Shown here in pieces: positions 61,373 through 64,000 of a stretch of DNA of 64,000 bases (positions are counted from its first letter, which is position 1; each line of letters starts with the position of its first letter). A program made the position numbers and the translations under genes. This DNA comes from Camelus ferus (lineage: Eukaryota): positions 3,722,001 through 3,786,000 of the forward strand of contig NC_045698.1 in assembly GCF_009834535.1 (NCBI RefSeq). Reading direction: 5' to 3'. Under the pieces are notes generated by a model. That model searched no databases, was not told where the DNA came from, and saw nothing but the letters and a program-made list of their open reading frames with translations.

Positions 61373-63621
61373 AAAAGGTTAATTCTCATCTTTTTCTCAA
61401 AAAAGAATTTGATTCTTTTACTGAGAGCAGATTAAACAGGAAATGGGCAGAGGGAAGATTTAAAACAAAAAAAATGGTGGAAGGAAAGGACGTGGAAAAG
61501 ATGTAGGTTGGGGACCTTGAAGGTGAAGGAGAAACATTCCCTTTTCTGCTGTTTTCCGATCTCAGTCCAAGAACCAGTTTTCAAGTCAGGTTGGGCTGTG
61601 TCGATGACCGCCGGGACAAAGATCTCTAGTGCCCACTAAAACAGCAATAACGTCTTTAATGTGCTGTGTCCTGTTCTGGAAGAATTGGTGGTAAAGACGG
61701 TTTTAAGCAGACTGAAGAGCTTTGTAACGGCTAGGATAATTTGAACTAAGAATCACAGAGGAAGCTCTATGCTTGGGTCATTTAGTTGACAACGCTCACT
61801 GGATAGTGTGCGTGGGAAGCTAATTTACTCAGATCACCCATCTGACGACAGAGTCACAGTCTCACCTGAGTGCCTGAGGAGCCCTACAATTTGAGAAGCC
61901 CTGGATGCTGTGCACAGTGAAGAGCACTGGGGACAGTGGGCTTGAAGGAACCGCAGGCCAGTCCCAGAGGAGCCCTGGGTGTTTGGAACTCGGGACAGGT
62001 TCAGGTGTGGAGACAGTTTAGGACAGCTTGATGTTCTGGTCCATGCAGCTTCCCAAAGCGCCAGCTCCCTTGGGGAGGAGGGGATTTATCTCGGCTACAG
62101 CCTGGCACAGGCGCTGTTTGTCCACTCCCGCTGAGCAAGGTCGACTCCTATCCTTGCTGATACATTTGAGACGAGGCGAGGCTTTGCGGTGTGTGGCTAG
62201 GATTCAAATGGACTTGCATGGAAGAGCTAGAAAAGATTACTGGTGTTTGCCATTGCTTTGACAGTGAGCAGGAAAAATAAGGACCACGTGGAACTCACAC
62301 TCCCCATGATAGCTTTCATCTGACCTGCATTTTTCTTTTTTTGGCTCCTTTTCTTTAATTTGGAGAACAGCATGGTTGCTGCCTGCAGAGACATTGCTGG
62401 GAGCGCAGGTTTCCAAACAGCATGATCATCTAAGGGTACCATTGTGGACACATTTACAACCAACAGCGACGGAGAGTGATGTGTGAACGGTGATTTAATA
62501 GTAAACCGACCAAGAGAGGCGGAGGGGCACGCTTTTGATAGAACAAGACCTTCATTATCTGACTGGTCTCCCTGGAAACTCATAAAGAAGGGAAATTAAA
62601 ACATATCTTCCCTCCACTCTGGCTATCATCCAATAAAAAATATTGCTAATGCTTTGTTTTAGTGCCTGTCTCTCTACACACGATGTGCAAACAGTGAATA
62701 AGGTATTGATTTCACTGCAGTGGGTCCCATTTGCTGTCTTGAGATTCGTACACACAAGATAGAGTCTGACACATTCACAATAAGGGAAAAAGCTTCCAAG
62801 GAGAGGAGGATCCCACAGGAAGACCTGGAGAGGAAGCTGGACAGCTGCTCCCTGGGGTGAAGGACTGAGAGGGGTGTGCCAAGGTGTCCTTGTATCTAGG
62901 GCAGGTGCGCTCCCTGGTCCCAGTGGCTTCTCAGAGACTGAGGCAGCTGCAATGCCATCAGCAATTGGTGTCAAGGGGGCAGTATTGTTCCCTTTCTGGT
63001 CGCCTCTCCTTGGCTCCCGCTGGAGCAGTGCACTGACCTTGTATCCATCCATCTCCCAAAAGGCTGCCTCTGGACAAGTCCATGTCAGACAAAGTGACAG
63101 ATGAAATTGCGCTGAGCACAAGGTGATTAACATGACTCGTGAATCCTGTCAACAGCGTGAGCTGGAGTTGAGGAGCCCCATGGTCAGGAACTGGGCTTGT
63201 GTGACTCAGACCCCCGACAGGCACGGCCCAGCAGACTCTGGCTCGGGTGTCCGAGCTCCTCGCTTCTCTGCTCTCCCATCTGTGAAGTGGCGAGAGCAAT
63301 GACTGTCCTGAGTTATTGAAAGGCACAAAGTGGGATAGTGAGCTGTCTGCAAAATACCAGGCTGTGGTTGTTCATAAGAAATGGGAGAGGCTGCTCTTGT
63401 TCTCTGCAGGCTAGAGGAGAGGGTGGTTTACTGCAATGCAGCCCAGGACAGGGAAGGCAGTCACTCACAGACCTCTTTTGAGTGTCCCAGATGTGCCACA
63501 CACCGGGCTGAACTCCGGGGAGGTGAGCGCAAAGAGGCATGGGCACAGGTGTGAGGGGGCCGCGTGTAGCCAGCAGCACGAGCCGTCTTGGCGGGGGGCG
63601 GGGGGGGGGTGCAGCACATGG

Positions 63622-64000
63622 TGTCTCAGGGCTGCCATAGCAAAGGACGACTCACTGGGTGGCTGGAAACAGTGGACATTTATTCTTACACAGTTCTGGG
63701 AGTCAGAAGTCCAAGATCAAGGAAGGGGTTCCTTCTGAAGGACATGGGGAGAATCTGCCCAGCTTCTGGGGATGTGTTGGCATCCCATGGCTTGCAGATG
63801 TGTCCCTCCAGTCTCTGCCTCTGTTGTCATATGGCTGTCCCCTCTCTGTCTTTTCCTTTTCTGTCCTGTATAAGGACCCTTGTCACAGTGCCCACCCTAG
63901 TCCAAGATCATCTCCTCTCACTAGCGTCACCTCTGTGACATCTGCAGAGGCCCTTATGAGGATAACCTTTTGGGGTTGCAGGTGGGCAGATCTTCTGGGG
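63622..64000 (-). mobile_element. MaLR LTR (MLT1B/C-like)
   Basis: aacagtggacatttattcttacacagttctgggagtcagaagtccaagatcaagg...tataaggaccct...acatctgcagaggcc. Confidence 0.8.

Noticed and set aside
1..64000. CRISPR array, operon or novel multi-gene system
   Set aside because: Mammalian intergenic DNA; no repeat-spacer array and no second supportable gene was seen.

Overview
Mammalian genomic DNA, very likely camelid (camel/alpaca/llama), judged from six copies of a tRNA-derived vic-1-type SINE. The only protein-coding sequence I can support is the last coding exon of ICE1 (KIAA0947, little elongation complex scaffold) at 1700-1881 (+). It is missing from the supplied ORF track. It is preceded by intron and followed by a ~0.85 kb 3'UTR with tandem AATAAA signals at ~2700-2712. 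The remaining ~61 kb is gene-poor intergenic DNA packed with old interspersed repeats (L1, L2, MIR, MaLR/MLT1, MLT2, MER21, ERV1-type LTRs, Tigger and hAT DNA elements) and microsatellites. Between the repeats are GC/CpG-rich patches (mostly in the first 12 kb), two same-orientation CTCF-like motifs and several AT-rich, homeodomain/Sox-motif-dense blocks that look like enhancers. I found no evidence for a novel coding system. The most interesting items are retrotransposition structures (a 5'-inverted L1, a TSD-flanked SINE-L1 chimera, repeated microsatellite birth at one L1 position) and candidate cis-regulatory elements. Gene and repeat names come from recalled sequences, not database searches, and boundaries are approximate unless stated.
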